64,000 nt of DNA from assembly GCA_046563655.1 (NCBI GenBank), contig JAJCTO010000015.1, positions 62,001-126,000 on the forward strand, in the 5' to 3' direction. Source of the stretch: Yuukianura sp. NJ FZ-2021 (taxonomy: Eukaryota). The position numbers were made by a program, and so were the translations under genes. Below the pieces are notes generated by a model, which saw nothing but the letters and a program-made list of their open reading frames with translations, did no database searches and had not been told where the DNA came from. Shown one piece after another: positions 30,001 through 45,000 of this stretch (its first letter is position 1; each line of letters starts with the position of its first letter).

Positions 30001-33000
30001 GAGGATCTCAAAAAGGTAGTTGACTTTTACCTAGCATCGTTCCGGAATGCATTTCTTTTGAATTCTTTGTTTTAAAACTTGAATTTTCATAAATAAAGGT
30101 AACAAGATGAGGCACGACACAGCAAGTGAAAGTGGGTTCCTGTAGCACTTTTTATGAGGATTTCAAAAATGTAATTTACTTTCTGTTCATTCTCACATTT
30201 GCATGTTCATTCTCTCAAATTTAAGTCGTTTTCGACAAAATGGTGCTCGGCATTGCTCTGGGTGCCGTTTACCAACCCAAGATAAACTCCGAGGCAGTGC
30301 GGTTCATCCAGACTTTTAAGTACACTCTAACCAGATTTAATGGCGATCTATCCACGCCAATCAAACTTGGGTTCCTGAAGTACTTTTCAGGAGGATCTCA
30401 AAAAGGTAGTTGACTTTTACCTAGCATCGTTCCGGAATGCATTTCTTTTGAATTCTTTGTTTTAAAACTTGAATTTTCATAAATAAAGGTAACAAGATGA
30501 GGCACGACACAGCAAGTGAAAGTGCGTTCCTGTAGCACTTTTTATGAGGATTTCAAAAATGTAATTTACTTTCTGTTCATTCTCACATTTGCATGTTCAT
30601 TCTTTCAAATCTGAGTCGTTTTCGACAAAATGGTGCTCGGCATTGCTCTGGGTGCCGTTTACCAACCCAAGATAAACTCCGAGGCAGTGCGGTTCATCCA
30701 GACTTTTAAGTACACTCTAACCAGATTTAATGGCGATCTATCCACGCCAATCAAACTTGGGTTCCTGAAGTACTTTTCAGGAGGATTTCAGAAAAGTAAC
30801 TCATTTTCACCCGGCATCGCTCCGAGTGGAGGTTCTTGAAACAAATTTTCATAAAGAAAAGTAACGAGATGAGGGACGACACGGCAAGTGAAAGTGGGTT
30901 CCTGTAGCACTTTTTATGAGGATCTCAAAAAGGTAGTTGACTTTTACCTAGCATCGTTCCGGAATGCATTTCTTTTGAATTCTTTGTTTTAAAACTTGAA
31001 TTTTCATAAATAAAGGTAACAAGATGAGGCACGACACAGCAAGTGAAAGTGCGTTCCTGTAGCACTTTTTATGAGGATTTCAAAAATGTAATTTACTTTC
31101 TGTTCATTCTCACATTTGCATGTTCATTCTCTCAAATTTAAGTCGTTTTCGACAAAATGGTGCTCGGCATTGCTCTGGGTGCCGTTTACCAACCCAAGAT
31201 AAACTCCGAGGCAGTGCGGTTCATCCAGACTTTTAAGTACACTCTAACCAGATTTAATGGCGATCTATCCACGCCAATAAAACTTGGGTTCCTGAAGTAC
31301 TTTTCAGGAGGATCTCAAAAAGGTAGTTGACTTTTACCTAGCATCGTTCCGGAATGCATTTCTTTTGAATTCTTTGTTTTAAAACTTGAATTTTCATAAA
31401 TAAAGGTAACAAGATGAGGCACGACACAGCAAGTGAAAGTGCGCTCCTGTAGCACTTTTTATGAGGATTTCAAAAATGTAATTTACTTTCTGTTCATTCT
31501 CACATTTGCATGTTCATTCTTTCAAATTTAAGTCGTTTTCTACAAAATGGTGCTCGGCATTGCTCAATTTGCCGTTTACCAACCCAAGATAAACTCCGAG
31601 GCAGTGCGGTTCATCCAGACTTTTAAGCACACTCTAACCAGATTTAATGGCGATCTATCCACGCCAATCAAACTTGGGTTCCTGAAGTACTTTTCAGGAG
31701 GATTTCAGAAAAGTAACTCATTTTCACCCGGCATCGCTCCGAGTGGAGGTTCTTGAAACAAATTTTCATAAAGAAAAGTAACGAGATGAGGGACGACACG
31801 GCAAGTGAAAGTGGGTTCCTGTAGCACTTTTTATGAGGATCTCAAAAAGGTAGTTGACTTTTACCTAGCATCGTTCCGGAATGCATTTCTTTTGAATTCT
31901 TTGTTTTAAAACTTGAATTTTCATAAATAAAGGTAACAAGATGAGGCACGACACAGCAAGTGAAAGTGCGTTCCTGTAGCACTTTTTATGAGGATTTCAA
32001 AAATGTAATTTACTTTCTGTTCATTCTCACATTTGCATGTTCATTCTCTCAAATTTAAGTCGTTTTCGACAAAATGGTGCTCGGCATTGCTCTGGGTGCC
32101 GTTTACCAACCCAAGATAAACTCCGAGGCAGTGCGGTTCATCCAGACTTTTAAGTACACTCTAACCAGATTTAATGGCGATCTATCCACGCCAATCAAAC
32201 TTGGGTTCCTGAAGTACTTTTCAGGAGGATCTCAAAAAGGTAGTTGACTTTTACCTAGCATCGTTCCGGAATGCATTTCTTTTGAATTCTTTGTTTTAAA
32301 ACTTGAATTTTCATAAATAAAGGTAACAAGATGAGGCACGACACAGCAAGTGAAAGTGCGTTCCTGTAGCACTTTTTATGAGGATTTCAAAAATGTAATT
32401 TACTTTCTGTTCATTCTCACATTTGCATGTTCATTCTTTCAAATTTAAGTCGTTTTCTACAAAATGGTGCTCGGCATTGCTCAATTTGCCGTTTACCAAC
32501 CCAAGATAAACTCCGAGGCAGTGCGGTTCATCCAGACTTTTAAGCACACTCTAACCAGATTTAATGGCGATCTATCCACGCCAATCAAACTTGGGTTCCT
32601 GAAGTACTTTTCAGGAGGATTTCAGAAAAGTAACTCATTTTCACCCGGCATCGCTCCGAGTGGAGGTTCTTGAAACAAATTTTCATAAAGAAAAGTAACG
32701 AGATGAGGGACGACACGGCAAGTGAAAGTGGGTTCCTGTAGCACTTTTTATGAGGATCTCAAAAAGGTAGTTGACTTTTACCTAGCATCGTTCCGGAATG
32801 CATTTCTTTTGAATTCTTTGTTTTAAAACTTGAATTTTCATAAATAAAGGTAACAAGATGAGGCACGACACAGCAAGTGAAAGTGCGTTCCTGTAGCACT
32901 TTTTATGAGGATTTCAAAAATGTAATTTACTTTCTGTTCATTCTCACATTTGCATGTTCATTCTCTCAAATTTAAGTCGTTTTCGACAAAATGGTGCTCG

Positions 33001-36000
33001 GCATTGCTCTGGGTGCCGTTTACCAACCCAAGATAAACTCCGAGGCAGTGCGGTTCATCCAGACTTTTAAGTACACTCTAACCAGATTTAATGGCGATAT
33101 ATCCACGCCAATCAAACTTGGGTTCCTGAAGTACTTTTCAGGAGGATCCGGCATCGCTCCGAGTGGAGGTTCTTGAAACAAATTTTCATAAAGAAAAGTA
33201 ACGAGATGAGGGACGACACGGCAAGTGAAAGTGGGTTCCTGCTCAAAAAGGTAGTTGACTTTTACCTAGCATCGTTCCGGAATGCATTTCTTTTGAATTC
33301 TTTGTTTTAAAACTTGAATTTTCATAAATAAAGGTAACAAGATGAGGCACGACACAGCAAGTGAAAGTGCGTTCCTGTAGCACTTTTTATGAGGATTTCA
33401 AAAATGTAATTTACTTTCTGTTCATTCTCACATTTGCATGTTCATTCTTTCAAATTTAAGTCGTTTTCGACAAAATGGTGCTCGGCATTGCTCTGGGTGC
33501 CGTTTACCAACCCAAGATAAACTCCGAGGCAGTGCGGTTCATCCAGACTTTTAAGCACACTCTAACCAGATTTAATGGCGATCTATCCACGCCAATCAAA
33601 CTTGGGTTCCTGAAGTACTTTTCAGGAGGATTTCAGAAAAGTAACTCATTTTCACCCGGCATCGCTCCGAGTGGAGGTTCTTGAAACAAATTTTCATAAA
33701 GAAAAGTAACGAGATGAGGGACGACACGGCAAGTGAAAGTGGGTTCCTGTAGCACTTTTTATGAGGATCTCAAAAAGGTAGTTGACTTTTACCTAGCATC
33801 GTTCCGGAATGCATTTCTTTTGAATTCTTTGTTTTAAAACTTGAATTTTCATAAATAAAGGTAACAAGATGAGGCACGACACAGCAAGTGAAAGTGCGTT
33901 CCTGTAGCACTTTTTATGAGGATTTCAAAAATGTAATTTACTTTCTGTTCATTCTCACATTTGCATGTTCATTCTCTCAAATTTAAGTCGTTTTCGACAA
34001 AATGGTGCTCGGCATTGCTCTGGGTGCCGTTTACCAACCCAAGATAAACTCCGAGGCAGTGCGGTTCATCCAGACTTTTAAGTACACTCTAACCAGATTT
34101 AATGGCGATCTATCCACGCCAATAAAACTTGGGTTCCTGAAGTACTTTTCAGGAGGATCTCAAAAAGGTAGTTGACTTTTACCTAGCATCGTTCCGGAAT
34201 GCATTTCTTTTGAATTCTTTGTTTTAAAACTTGAATTTTCATAAATAAAGGTAACAAGATGAGGCACGACACAGCAAGTGAAAGTGGGTTCCTGTAGCAC
34301 TTTTTATGAGGATTTCAAAAATGTAATTTACTTTCTGTTCATTCTCACATTTGCATGTTCATTCTTTCAAATCTGAGTCGTTTTCGACAAAATGGTGCTC
34401 GGCATTGCTCTGGGTGCCGTTTACCAACCCAAGATAAACTCCGAGGCAGTGCGGTTCATCCAGACTTTTAAGTACACTCTAACCAGATTTAATGGCGATC
34501 TATCCACGCCAATAAAACTTGGGTTCCTGAAGTACTTTTCAGGAGGATCTCAAAAAGGTAGTTGACTTTTACCTAGCATCGTTCCGGAATGCATTTCTTT
34601 TGAATTCTTTGTTTTAAAACTTGAATTTTCATAAATAAAGGTAACAAGATGAGGCACGACACAGCAAGTGAAAGTGCGTTCCTGTAGCACTTTTTATGAG
34701 GATTTCAAAAATGTAATTTACTTTCTGTTCATTCTCACATTTGCATGTTCATTCTTTCAAATTTGAGTCGTTTTCGACAAAATGGTGCTCGGCATTGCTC
34801 TGGGTGCCGTTTACCAACCCAAGATAAACTCCGAGGCAGTGCGGTTCATCCAGACTTTTAAGTACACTCTAACCAGATTTAATGGCGATCTATCCACGCC
34901 AATCAAACTTGGGTTCCTGAAGTACTTTTCAGGAGGATCTCAAAAAGGTAGTTGACTTTTACCTAGCATCGTTCCGGAATGCATTTCTTTTGAATTCTTT
35001 GTTTTAAAACTTGAATTTTCATAAATAAAGGTAACAAGATGAGGCACGACACAGCAAGTGAAAGTGCGTTCCTGTAGCACTTTTTATGAGGATTTCAAAA
35101 ATGTAATTTACTTTCTGTTCATTCTCACATTTGCATGTTCATTCTTTCAAATTTAAGTCGTTTTCTACAAAATGGTGCTCGGCATTGCTCAATTTGCCGT
35201 TTACCAACCCAAGATAAACTCCGAGGCAGTGCGGTTCATCCAGACTTTTAAGCACACTCTAACCAGATTTAATGGCGATCTATCCACGCCAATCAAACTT
35301 GGGTTCCTGAAGTACTTTTCAGGAGGATTTCAGAAAAGTAACTCATTTTCACCCGGCATCGCTCCGAGTGGAGGTTCTTGAAACAAATTTTCATAAAGAA
35401 AAGTAACGAGATGAGGGACGACACGGCAAGTGAAAGTGGGTTCCTGTAGCACTTTTTATGAGGATCTCAAAAAGGTAGTTGACTTTTACCTAGCATCGTT
35501 CCGGAATGCATTTCTTTTGAATTCTTTGTTTTAAAACTTGAATTTTCATAAATAAAGGTAACAAGATGAGGCACGACACAGCAAGTGAAAGTGCGTTCCT
35601 GTAGCACTTTTTATGAGGATTTCAAAAATGTAATTTACTTTCTGTTCATTCTCACATTTGCATGTTCATTCTCTCAAATTTAAGTCGTTTCCGAAAAAAT
35701 GGTGCTCGGCATTGCTCTGGGTGCCGTTCACCAACCGAAGATAAACTCCGAGGCAGTGCGGTTCATCCAGACTTTTAAGTACACTCTAACCAGATTTAAT
35801 GGCGATCTATCCACGCCAATAAAACTTGGGTTCCTGAAGTACTTTTCAGGAGGATCTCAAAAAGGTAGTTGACTTTTACCTAGCATCGTTCCGGAATGCA
35901 TTTCTTTTGAATTATTTGTTTTAAAACTTGAATTTTCATAAATAAAGGTAACAAGATGAGGCACGACACAGCAAGTGAAAGTGCGCTCCTGTAGCACTTT

Positions 36001-39000
36001 TTATGAGGATTTCAAAAATGTAATTTACTTTCTGTTCATTCTCACATTTGCATGTTCATTCTTTCAAATTTAAGTCGTTTTCTACAAAATGGTGCTCGGC
36101 ATTGCTCAATTTGCCGTTTACCAACCCAAGATAAACTCCGGGGCAGTGCGGTTCATCCAGACTTTTAAGCACACTCTAACCAGATTTAATGGCGATCTAT
36201 CCACGCCAATCAAACTTGGGTTCCTGAAGTACTTTTCAGGAGGATTTCAGAAAAGTAACTCATTTTCACCCGGCATCGCTCCGAGTGGAGGTTCTTGAAA
36301 CAAATTTTCATAAAGAAAAGTAACGAGATGAGGGACGACACGGCAAGTGAAAGTGGGTTCCTGTAGCACTTTTTATGAGGATCTCAAAAAGGTTGTTGAC
36401 TTTTACCTAGCATCGTTCCGGAATGCATTTCTTTTGAATTCTTTGTTTTAAAACTTGAATTTTCATAAATAAAGGGTAACAAGATGAGGCACGACACAGC
36501 AAGTGAAAGTGCGTTCCTGTAGCACTTTTTATGAGGATTTCAAAAATGTAATTTACTTTCTGTTCATTCTCACATTTGCATGTTCATTCTCTCAAATTTA
36601 AGTCGTTTTCGACAAAATGGTGCTCGGCATTGCTCTGGGTGCCGTTTACCAACCCAAGATAAACTCCGAGGCAGTGCGGTTCATCCAGACTTTTAAGTAC
36701 ACTCTAACCAGATTTAATGGCGATCTATCCACGCCAATCAAAACTTGGGTTCCTGAAGTACTTTTCAGGAGGATCTCAAAAAGGTAGTTGACTTTTACCT
36801 AGCATCGTTCCGGAATGCATTTCTTTTGAATTATTTGTTTTAAAACTTGAATTTTCATAAATAAAGGTAACAAGATGAGGCACGACACAGCAAGTGAAAG
36901 TGCGCTCCTGTAGCACTTTTTATGAGGATTTCAAAAATGTAATTTACTTTCTGTTCATTCTCACATTTGCATGTTCATTCTTTCAAATTTAAGTCGTTTT
37001 CTACAAAATGGTGCTCGGCATTGCTCAATTTGCCGTTTACCAACCCAAGATAAACTCCGAGGCAGTGCGGTTCATCCAGACTTTTAAGCACACTCTAACC
37101 AGATTTAATGGCGATCTATCCACGCCAATCAAACTTGGGTTCCTGAAGTACTTTTCAGGAGGATTTCAGAAAAGTAACTCATTTTCACCCGGCATCGCTC
37201 CGAGTGGAGGTTCTTGAAACAAATTTTCATAAAGAAAAGTAACGAGATGAGGGACGACACGGCAAGTGAAAGTGGGTTCCTGTAGCACTTTTTATGAGGA
37301 TCTCAAAAAGGTTGTTGACTTTTACCTAGCATCGTTCCGGAATGCATTTCTTTTGAATTCTTTGTTTTAAAACTTGAATTTTCATAAATAAGGGTAACAA
37401 GATGAGGCACGACACAGCAAGTGAAAGTGCGTTCCTGTAGCACTTTTTATGAGGATTTCAAAAATGTAATTTACTTTCTGTTCATTCTCACATTTGCATG
37501 TTCATTCTCTCAAATTTAAGTCGTTTTCGACAAAATGGTGCTCGGCATTGCTCTGGGTGCCGTTTACCAACCCAAGATAAACTCCGAGGCAGTGCGGTTC
37601 ATCCAGACTTTTAAGTACACTCTAACCAGATTTAATGGCGATCTATCCACGCCAATAAAACTTGGGTTCCTGAAGTACTTTTCAGGAGGATCTCAAAAAG
37701 GTAGTTGACTTTTACCTAGCATCGTTCCGGAATGCATTTCTTTTGAATTCTTTGTTTTAAAACTTGAATTTTCATAAATAAAGGTAACAAGATGAGGCAC
37801 GACACAGCAAGTGAAAGTGAGATCCTGTAGCACTTTTTATGAGGATTTCAAAAATGTAATTTACTTTCTATTCATTCTCACATTTGCATGTTCATTCTTT
37901 CAAATCTGAGTCGTTTTCGACAAAATGGTGCTCGGCATTGCTCTGGGTGCCGTTTACCAACCCAAGATAAACTCCGAGGCAGTGCGGTTCATCCAGACTT
38001 TTAAGTACACTCTAACCAGATTTAATGGCGATCTATCCACGCCAATAAAACTTGGGTTCCTGAAGTACTTTTCAGGAGGATCTCAAAAAGGTAGTTGACT
38101 TTTACCTAGCATCGTTCCGGAATGCATTTCTTTTGAATTCTTTGTTTTAAAACTTGAATTTTCATAAATAAAGGTAACAAGATGAGGCACGACACAGCAA
38201 GTGAAAGTGCGTTCCTGTAGCACTTTTTATGAGGATTTCAAAAATGTAATTTACTTTCTGTTCATTCTCACATTTGCATGTTCATTCTTTCAAATTTGAG
38301 TCGTTTTCGACAAAATGGTGCTCGGCATTGCTCTGGGTGCCGTTTACCAACCCAAGATAAACTCCGAGGCAGTGCGGTTCATCCAGACTTTTAAGTACAC
38401 TCTAACCAGATTTAATGGCGATCTATCCACGCCAATAAAACTTGGGTTCCTGAAGTACTTTTCAGGAGGATCTCAAAAAGGTAGTTGACTTTTACCTAGC
38501 ATCGTTCCGGAATGCATTTCTTTTGAATTCTTTGTTTTAAAACTTGAATTTTCATAAATAAAGGTAACAAGATGAGGCACGACACAGCAAGTGAAAGTGC
38601 GTTCCTGTAGCACTTTTTATGAGGATTTCAAAAATGTAATTTACTTTCTGTTCATTCTCACATTTGCATGTTCATTCTTTCAAATTTGAGTCGTTTTCGA
38701 CAAAATGGTGCTCGGCATTGCTCTGGGTGCCGTTTACCAACCCAAGATAAACTCCGAGGCAGTGCGGTTCATCAAGACTTTTAAGTACACTCTAACCAGA
38801 TTTAATGGCGATCTATCCACGCCAATAAAACTTGGGTTCCTGAAGTACTTTTCAGGAGGATCTCAAAAAGGTAGTTGACTTTTACCTAGCATCGTTCCGG
38901 AATGCATTTCTTTTGAATTCTTTGTTTTAAAACTTGAATTTTCATAAATAAAGGTAACAAGATGAGGCACGACACAGCAAGTGAAAGTGCGTTCCTGTAG

Positions 39001-42000
39001 CACTTTTTATGAGGATTTCAAAAATGTAATTTACTTTCTGTTCATTCTCACATTTGCATGTTCATTCTTTCAAATTTGAGTCGTTTTCGACAAAATGGTG
39101 CTCGGCATTGCTCTGGGTGCCGTTTACCAACCCAAGATAAACTCCGAGGCAGTGCGGTTCATCCAGACTTTTAAGTACACTCTAACCAGATTTAATGGCG
39201 ATCTATCCACGCCAATCAAACTTGGGTTCCTGAAGTACTTTTCAGGAGGATTTCAGAAAAGTAACTCATTTTCACCCGGCATCGCTCCGAGTGGAGGTTC
39301 TTGAAACAAATTTTCATAAAGAAAAGTAACGAGATGAGGGACGACACGGCAAGTGAAAGTGGGTTCCTGTAGCACTTTTTATGAGGATCTCAAAAAGGTA
39401 GTTGACTTTTACCTAGCATCGTTCCGGAATGCATTTCTTTTGAATTCTTTGTTTTAAAACTTGAATTTTCATAAATAAAGGTAACAAGATGAGGCACGAC
39501 ACAGCAAGTGAAAGTGCGATCCTGTAGCACTTTTTATGAGGATTTCAAAAATGTAATTTACTTTCTGTTCATTCTCACATTTGCATGTTCATTCTTTCAA
39601 ATCTGAGTCGTTTTCGACAAAATGGTGCTCGGCATTGCTCTGGGTGCCGTTTACCAACCCAAGATAAACTCCGAGGCAGTGCGGTTCATCCAGACTTTTA
39701 AGTACACTCTAACCAGATTTAATGGCGATCTATCCACGCCAATCAAACTTGGGTTCCTGAAGTACTTTTCAGGAGGATTTCAGAAAAGTAACTCATTTTC
39801 ACCCGGCATCGCTCCGAGTGGAGGTTCTTGAAACAAATTTTCATAAAGAAAAGTAACGAGATGAGGGACGACACGGCAAGTGAAAGTGGGTTCCTGAAGT
39901 ACTTTTCAGGAGGATCTCAAAAAGGTAGTTGACTTTTACCTAGCATCGTTCCGGAATGCATTTCTTTTGAATTCTTTGTTTTAAAACTTGAATTTTCATA
40001 AATAAAGGTAACAAGATGAGGCACGACACAGCAAGTGAAAGTGCGTTCCTGTAGCACTTTTTATGAGGATTTCAAAAATGTAATTTACTTTCTGTTCATT
40101 CGCACATTTGCATGTTCATTCTCTCAAATTTAAGTCGTTTTCTACAAAATGGTGCTCGGCATTGCTCAATTTGCCGTTTACCAACCCAAGATAAACTCCG
40201 GGGCAGTGCGGTTCATCCAGACTTTTAAGCACACTCTAACCAGATTTAATGGCGATCTATCCACGCCAATCAAACTTGGGTTCCTGAAGTACTTTTCAGG
40301 AGGATTTCAGAAAAGTAACTCATTTTCACCCGGCATCGCTCCGAGTGGAGGTTCTTGAAACAAATTTTCATAAAGAAAAGTAACGAGATGAGGGACGACA
40401 CGGCAAGTGAAAGTGGGTTCCTGTAGCACTTTTTATGAGGATCTCAAAAAGGTAGTTGACTTTTACCTAGCATCGTTCCGGAATGCATTTCTTTTGAATT
40501 CTTTGTTTTAAAACTTGAATTTTCATAAATAAAGGTAACAAGATGAGGCACGACACAGCAAGTGAAAGTGCGATCCTGTAGCACTTTTTATGAGGATTTC
40601 AAAAATGTAATTTACTTTCTGTTCATTCTCACATTTGCATGTTCATTCTTTCAAATCTGAGTCGTTTTCGACAAAATGGTGCTCGGCATTGCTCTGGGTG
40701 CCGTTTACCAACCCAAGATAAACTCCGAGGCAGTGCGGTTCATCCAGACTTTTAAGTACACTCTAACCAGATTTAATGGCGATCTATCCACGCCAATCAA
40801 ACTTGGGTTCCTGAAGTACTTTTCAGGAGGATTTCAGAAAAGTAACTCATTTTCACCCGGCATCGCTCCGAGTGGAGGTTCTTGAAACAAATTTTCATAA
40901 AGAAAAGTAACGAGATGAGGGACGACACGGCAAGTGAAAGTGGGTTCCTGTAGTACTTTTCAGGAGGATCTCAAAAAGGTAGTTGACTTTTACCTAGCAT
41001 CGTTCCGGAATGCATTTCTTTTGAATTCTTTGTTTTAAAACTTGAATTTTCATAAATAAAGGTAACAAGATGAGGCACGACACAGCAAGTGAAAGTGCGT
41101 TCCTGTAGCACTTTTTATGAGAATTTCAAAAATGTAATTTACTTTCTGTTCATTCTCACATTTGCATGTTCATTCTCTCAAATTTATGTCGTTTTCGACA
41201 AAATGGTGCTCGGCATTGCTCAATTTGCCGTTTACCAACCCAAGATAAACTCCGAGGCAGTGCGGTTCATCCAGACTTTTAAGCACACTCTAACCAGATT
41301 TAATGGCGATCTATCCACGCCAATCAAACTTGGGTTCCTGAAGTACTTTTCAGGAGGATTTCAGAAAAGTAACTCATTTTCACCCGGCATCGCTCCGAGT
41401 GGAGGTTCTTGAAACAAATTTTCATAAAGAAAAGTAACGAGATGAGGGACGACACGGCAAGTGAAAGTGGGTTCCTGTAGCACTTTTTATGAGAATCTCA
41501 AAAATGTAATTTACTTTCTGTTCATTCTCACATTTGCATGTTCATTCTCTCAAATTTAAGTCGTTTTCGAAAAAATGGTGCTCGGCATTGCTGTGGGTGC
41601 CGTTTACCAACCCAAGATAAACTCCGAGGCAGTGCGGTTCATCCAGACTTTTAAGTACACTCTAACCAGATTTAATGGCGATCTATCCACGCCAATCAAA
41701 CTTGGGTTCCTGAAGTACTTTTCAGGAGGATCTCAAAAAGGTAGTTGACTTTTACCTAGCATCGTTCCGGAATGCATTTCTTTTGAATTCTTTGTTTTAA
41801 AACTTGAATTTTCATAAATAAAGGTAACAAGATGAGGCACGACACAGCAAGTGAAAGTGCGTTCCTGTAGCACTTTTTATGAGGATTTCAAAAATGTAAT
41901 TTACTTTCTGTTCATTCGCACATTTGCATGTTCATTCTCTCAAATTTAAGTCGTTTTCTACAAAATGGTGCTCGGCATTGCTGAATTTGCCGTTTACCAA

Positions 42001-45000
42001 CCCAAGATAAACTCCGGGGCAGTGCGGTTCATCCAGACTTTTAAGCACACTCTAACCAGATTTAATGGCGATCTATCCACGCCAATCAAACTTGGGTTCC
42101 TGAAGTACTTTTCAGGAGGATTTCAGAAAAGTAACTCATTTTCACCCGGCATCGCTCCGAGTGGAGGTTCTTGAAACAAATTTTCATAAAGAAAAGTAAC
42201 GAGATGAGGGACGACACGGCAAGTGAAAGTGGGTTCCTGTAGCACTTTTTATGAGGATCTCAAAAAGGTAGTTGACTTTTACCTAGCATCGTTCCGGAAC
42301 GCATTTCTTTTGAATTCTTTGTTTTAAAACTTGAATTTTCATAAATAAAGGTAACAAGATGAGGCACGACACAGCAAGCGAAAGTGCGATCCTGTAGCAC
42401 TTTTTATGAGGATTTCAAAAATGTAATTTACTTTCTGTTCATTCTCACATTTGCATGTTCATTCTTTCAAATCTGAGTCGTTTTCGACAAAATGGTGCTC
42501 GGCATTGCTCTGGGTGCCGTTTACCAACCCAAGATAAACTCCGAGGCAGTGCGGTTCATCCAGACTTTTAAGTACACTCTAACCAGATTTAATGGCGATC
42601 TATCCACGCCAATCAAACTTGGGTTCCTGAAGTACTTTTCAGGAGGATTTCAGAAAAGTAACTCATTTTCACCCGGCATCGCTCCGAGTGGAGGTTCTTG
42701 AAACAAATTTTCATAAAGAAAAGTAACGAGATGAGGGACGACACGGCAAGTGAAAGTGGGTTCCTGTAGTACTTTTCAGGAGGATCTCAAAAAGGTAGTT
42801 GACTTTTACCTAGCATCGTTCCGGAATGCATTTCTTTTGAATTCTTTGTTTTAAAACTTGAATTTTCATAAATAAAGGTAACAAGATGAGGCACGACACA
42901 GCAAGTGAAAGTGCGTTCCTGTAGCACTTTTTATGAGAATCTCAAAAATGCAATTTACTTTCTGTTCATTCTCACATTTGCATGTTCATTCTCTCAAATT
43001 TATGTTGTTTTCGACAAAATGGTGCTCGGCATTGCTCAATTTGCCGTTTACCAACCCAAGATAAACTCCGAGGCAGTGCGGTTCATCCAGACTTTTAAGC
43101 ACACTCTAACCAGATTTAATGGCGATCTATCCACGCCAATCAAACTTGGGTTCCTGAAGTACTTTTCAGGAGGATTTCAGAAAAGTAACTCATTTTCACC
43201 CGGCATCGCTCCGAGTGGAGGTTCTTGAAACAAATTTTCATAAAGAAAAGTAACGAGATGAGGGACGACACGGCAAGTGAAAGTGGGTTCCTGTAGCACT
43301 TTTTATGAGAATCTCAAAAATGTAATTTACTTTCTGTTCATTCTCACATTTGCATGTTCATTCTCTCAAATTTAAGTCGTTTTCGACAAAATGGTGCTCG
43401 GCATTGCTGTGGGTGCCGTTTACCAACCCAAGATAAACTCCGAGGCAGTGCGGTTCATCCAGACTTTTAAGTACACTCTAACCAGATTTAATGGCGATCT
43501 ATCCACGCCAATCAAACTTGGGTTCCTGAAGTACTTTTCAGGAGGATCTCAAAAAGGTAGTTGACTTTTACCTAGCATCGTTCCGGAATGCATTTCTTTT
43601 GAATTCTTTGTTTTAAAACTTGAATTTTCATAAATAAAGGTAACAAGATGAGGCACGACACAGCAAGTGAAAGTGCGTTCCTGTAGCACTTTTTATGAGG
43701 ATTTCAAAAATGTAATTTACTTTCTGTTCATTCGCACATTTGCATGTTCATTCTCTCAAATTTAAGTCGTTTTCTACAAAATGGTGCTCGGCATTGCTCA
43801 ATTCGCCGTTTACCAACCCAAGATAAACTCCGGGGCAGTGCGGTTCATCCAGACTTTTAAGCACACTCTAACCAGATTTAATGGCGATCTATCCACGCCA
43901 ATCAAACTTGGGTTCCTGAAGTACTTTTCAGGAGGATTTCAGAAAAGTAACTCATTTTCACCCGGCATCGCTCCGAGTGGAGGTTCTTGAAACAAATTTT
44001 CATAAAGAAAAGTAACGAGATGAGGGACGACACGGCAAGTGAAAGTGGGTTCCTGTAGCACTTTTTATGAGGATCTCAAAAAGGTAGTTGACTTTTACCT
44101 AGCATCGTTCCGGAATGCATTTCTTTTGAATTCTTTGTTTTAAAACTTGAATTTTCATAAATAAAGGTAACAAGATGAGGCACGACACAGCAAGTGAAAG
44201 TGCGTTCCTGTAGCACTTTTTATGAGAATCTCAAAAATGTAATTTACTTTCTGTTCATTCTCACATTTGCATGTTCATTCTCTCAAATTTAAGTCGTTTT
44301 CGACAAAATGGTGCTCGGCATTGCTGTGGGTGCCGTTTACCAACCCAAGATAAACTCCGAGGCAGTGCGGTTCATCCAGACTTTTAAGTACACTCTAACC
44401 AGATTTAATGGCGATCTATCCACGCCAATCAAACTTGGGTTCCTGAAGTACTTTTCAGGAGGATTTCAGAAAAGTAACTCATTTTCACCCGGCATCGCTC
44501 CGAGTGGAGGTTCTTGAAACAAATTTTCATAAAGAAAAGTAACGAGATGAGGGACGACACGGCAAGTGAAAGTGGGTTCCTGTAGCACTTTTTATGAGGA
44601 TCTCAAAAAGGTAGTTGACTTTTACCTAGCATCGTTCCGGAATGCATTTCTTTTGAATTCTTTGTTTTAAAACTTGAATTTTCATAAATAAAGGTAACAA
44701 GATGAGGCACGACACAGCAAGTGAAAGTGCGTTCCTGTAGCACTTTTTATGAGGATTTCAAAAATGTAATTTACTTTCTGTTCATTCGCACATTTGCATG
44801 TTCATTCTCTCAAATTTAAGTCGTTTTCTACAAAATGGTGCTCGGCATTGCTCAATTCGCCGTTTACCAACCCAAGATAAACTCCGGGGCAGTGCGGTTC
44901 ATCCAGACTTTTAAGCACACTCTAACCAGATTTAATGGCGATCTATCCACGCCAATCAAACTTGGGTTCCTGAAGTACTTTTCAGGAGGATTTCAGAAAA

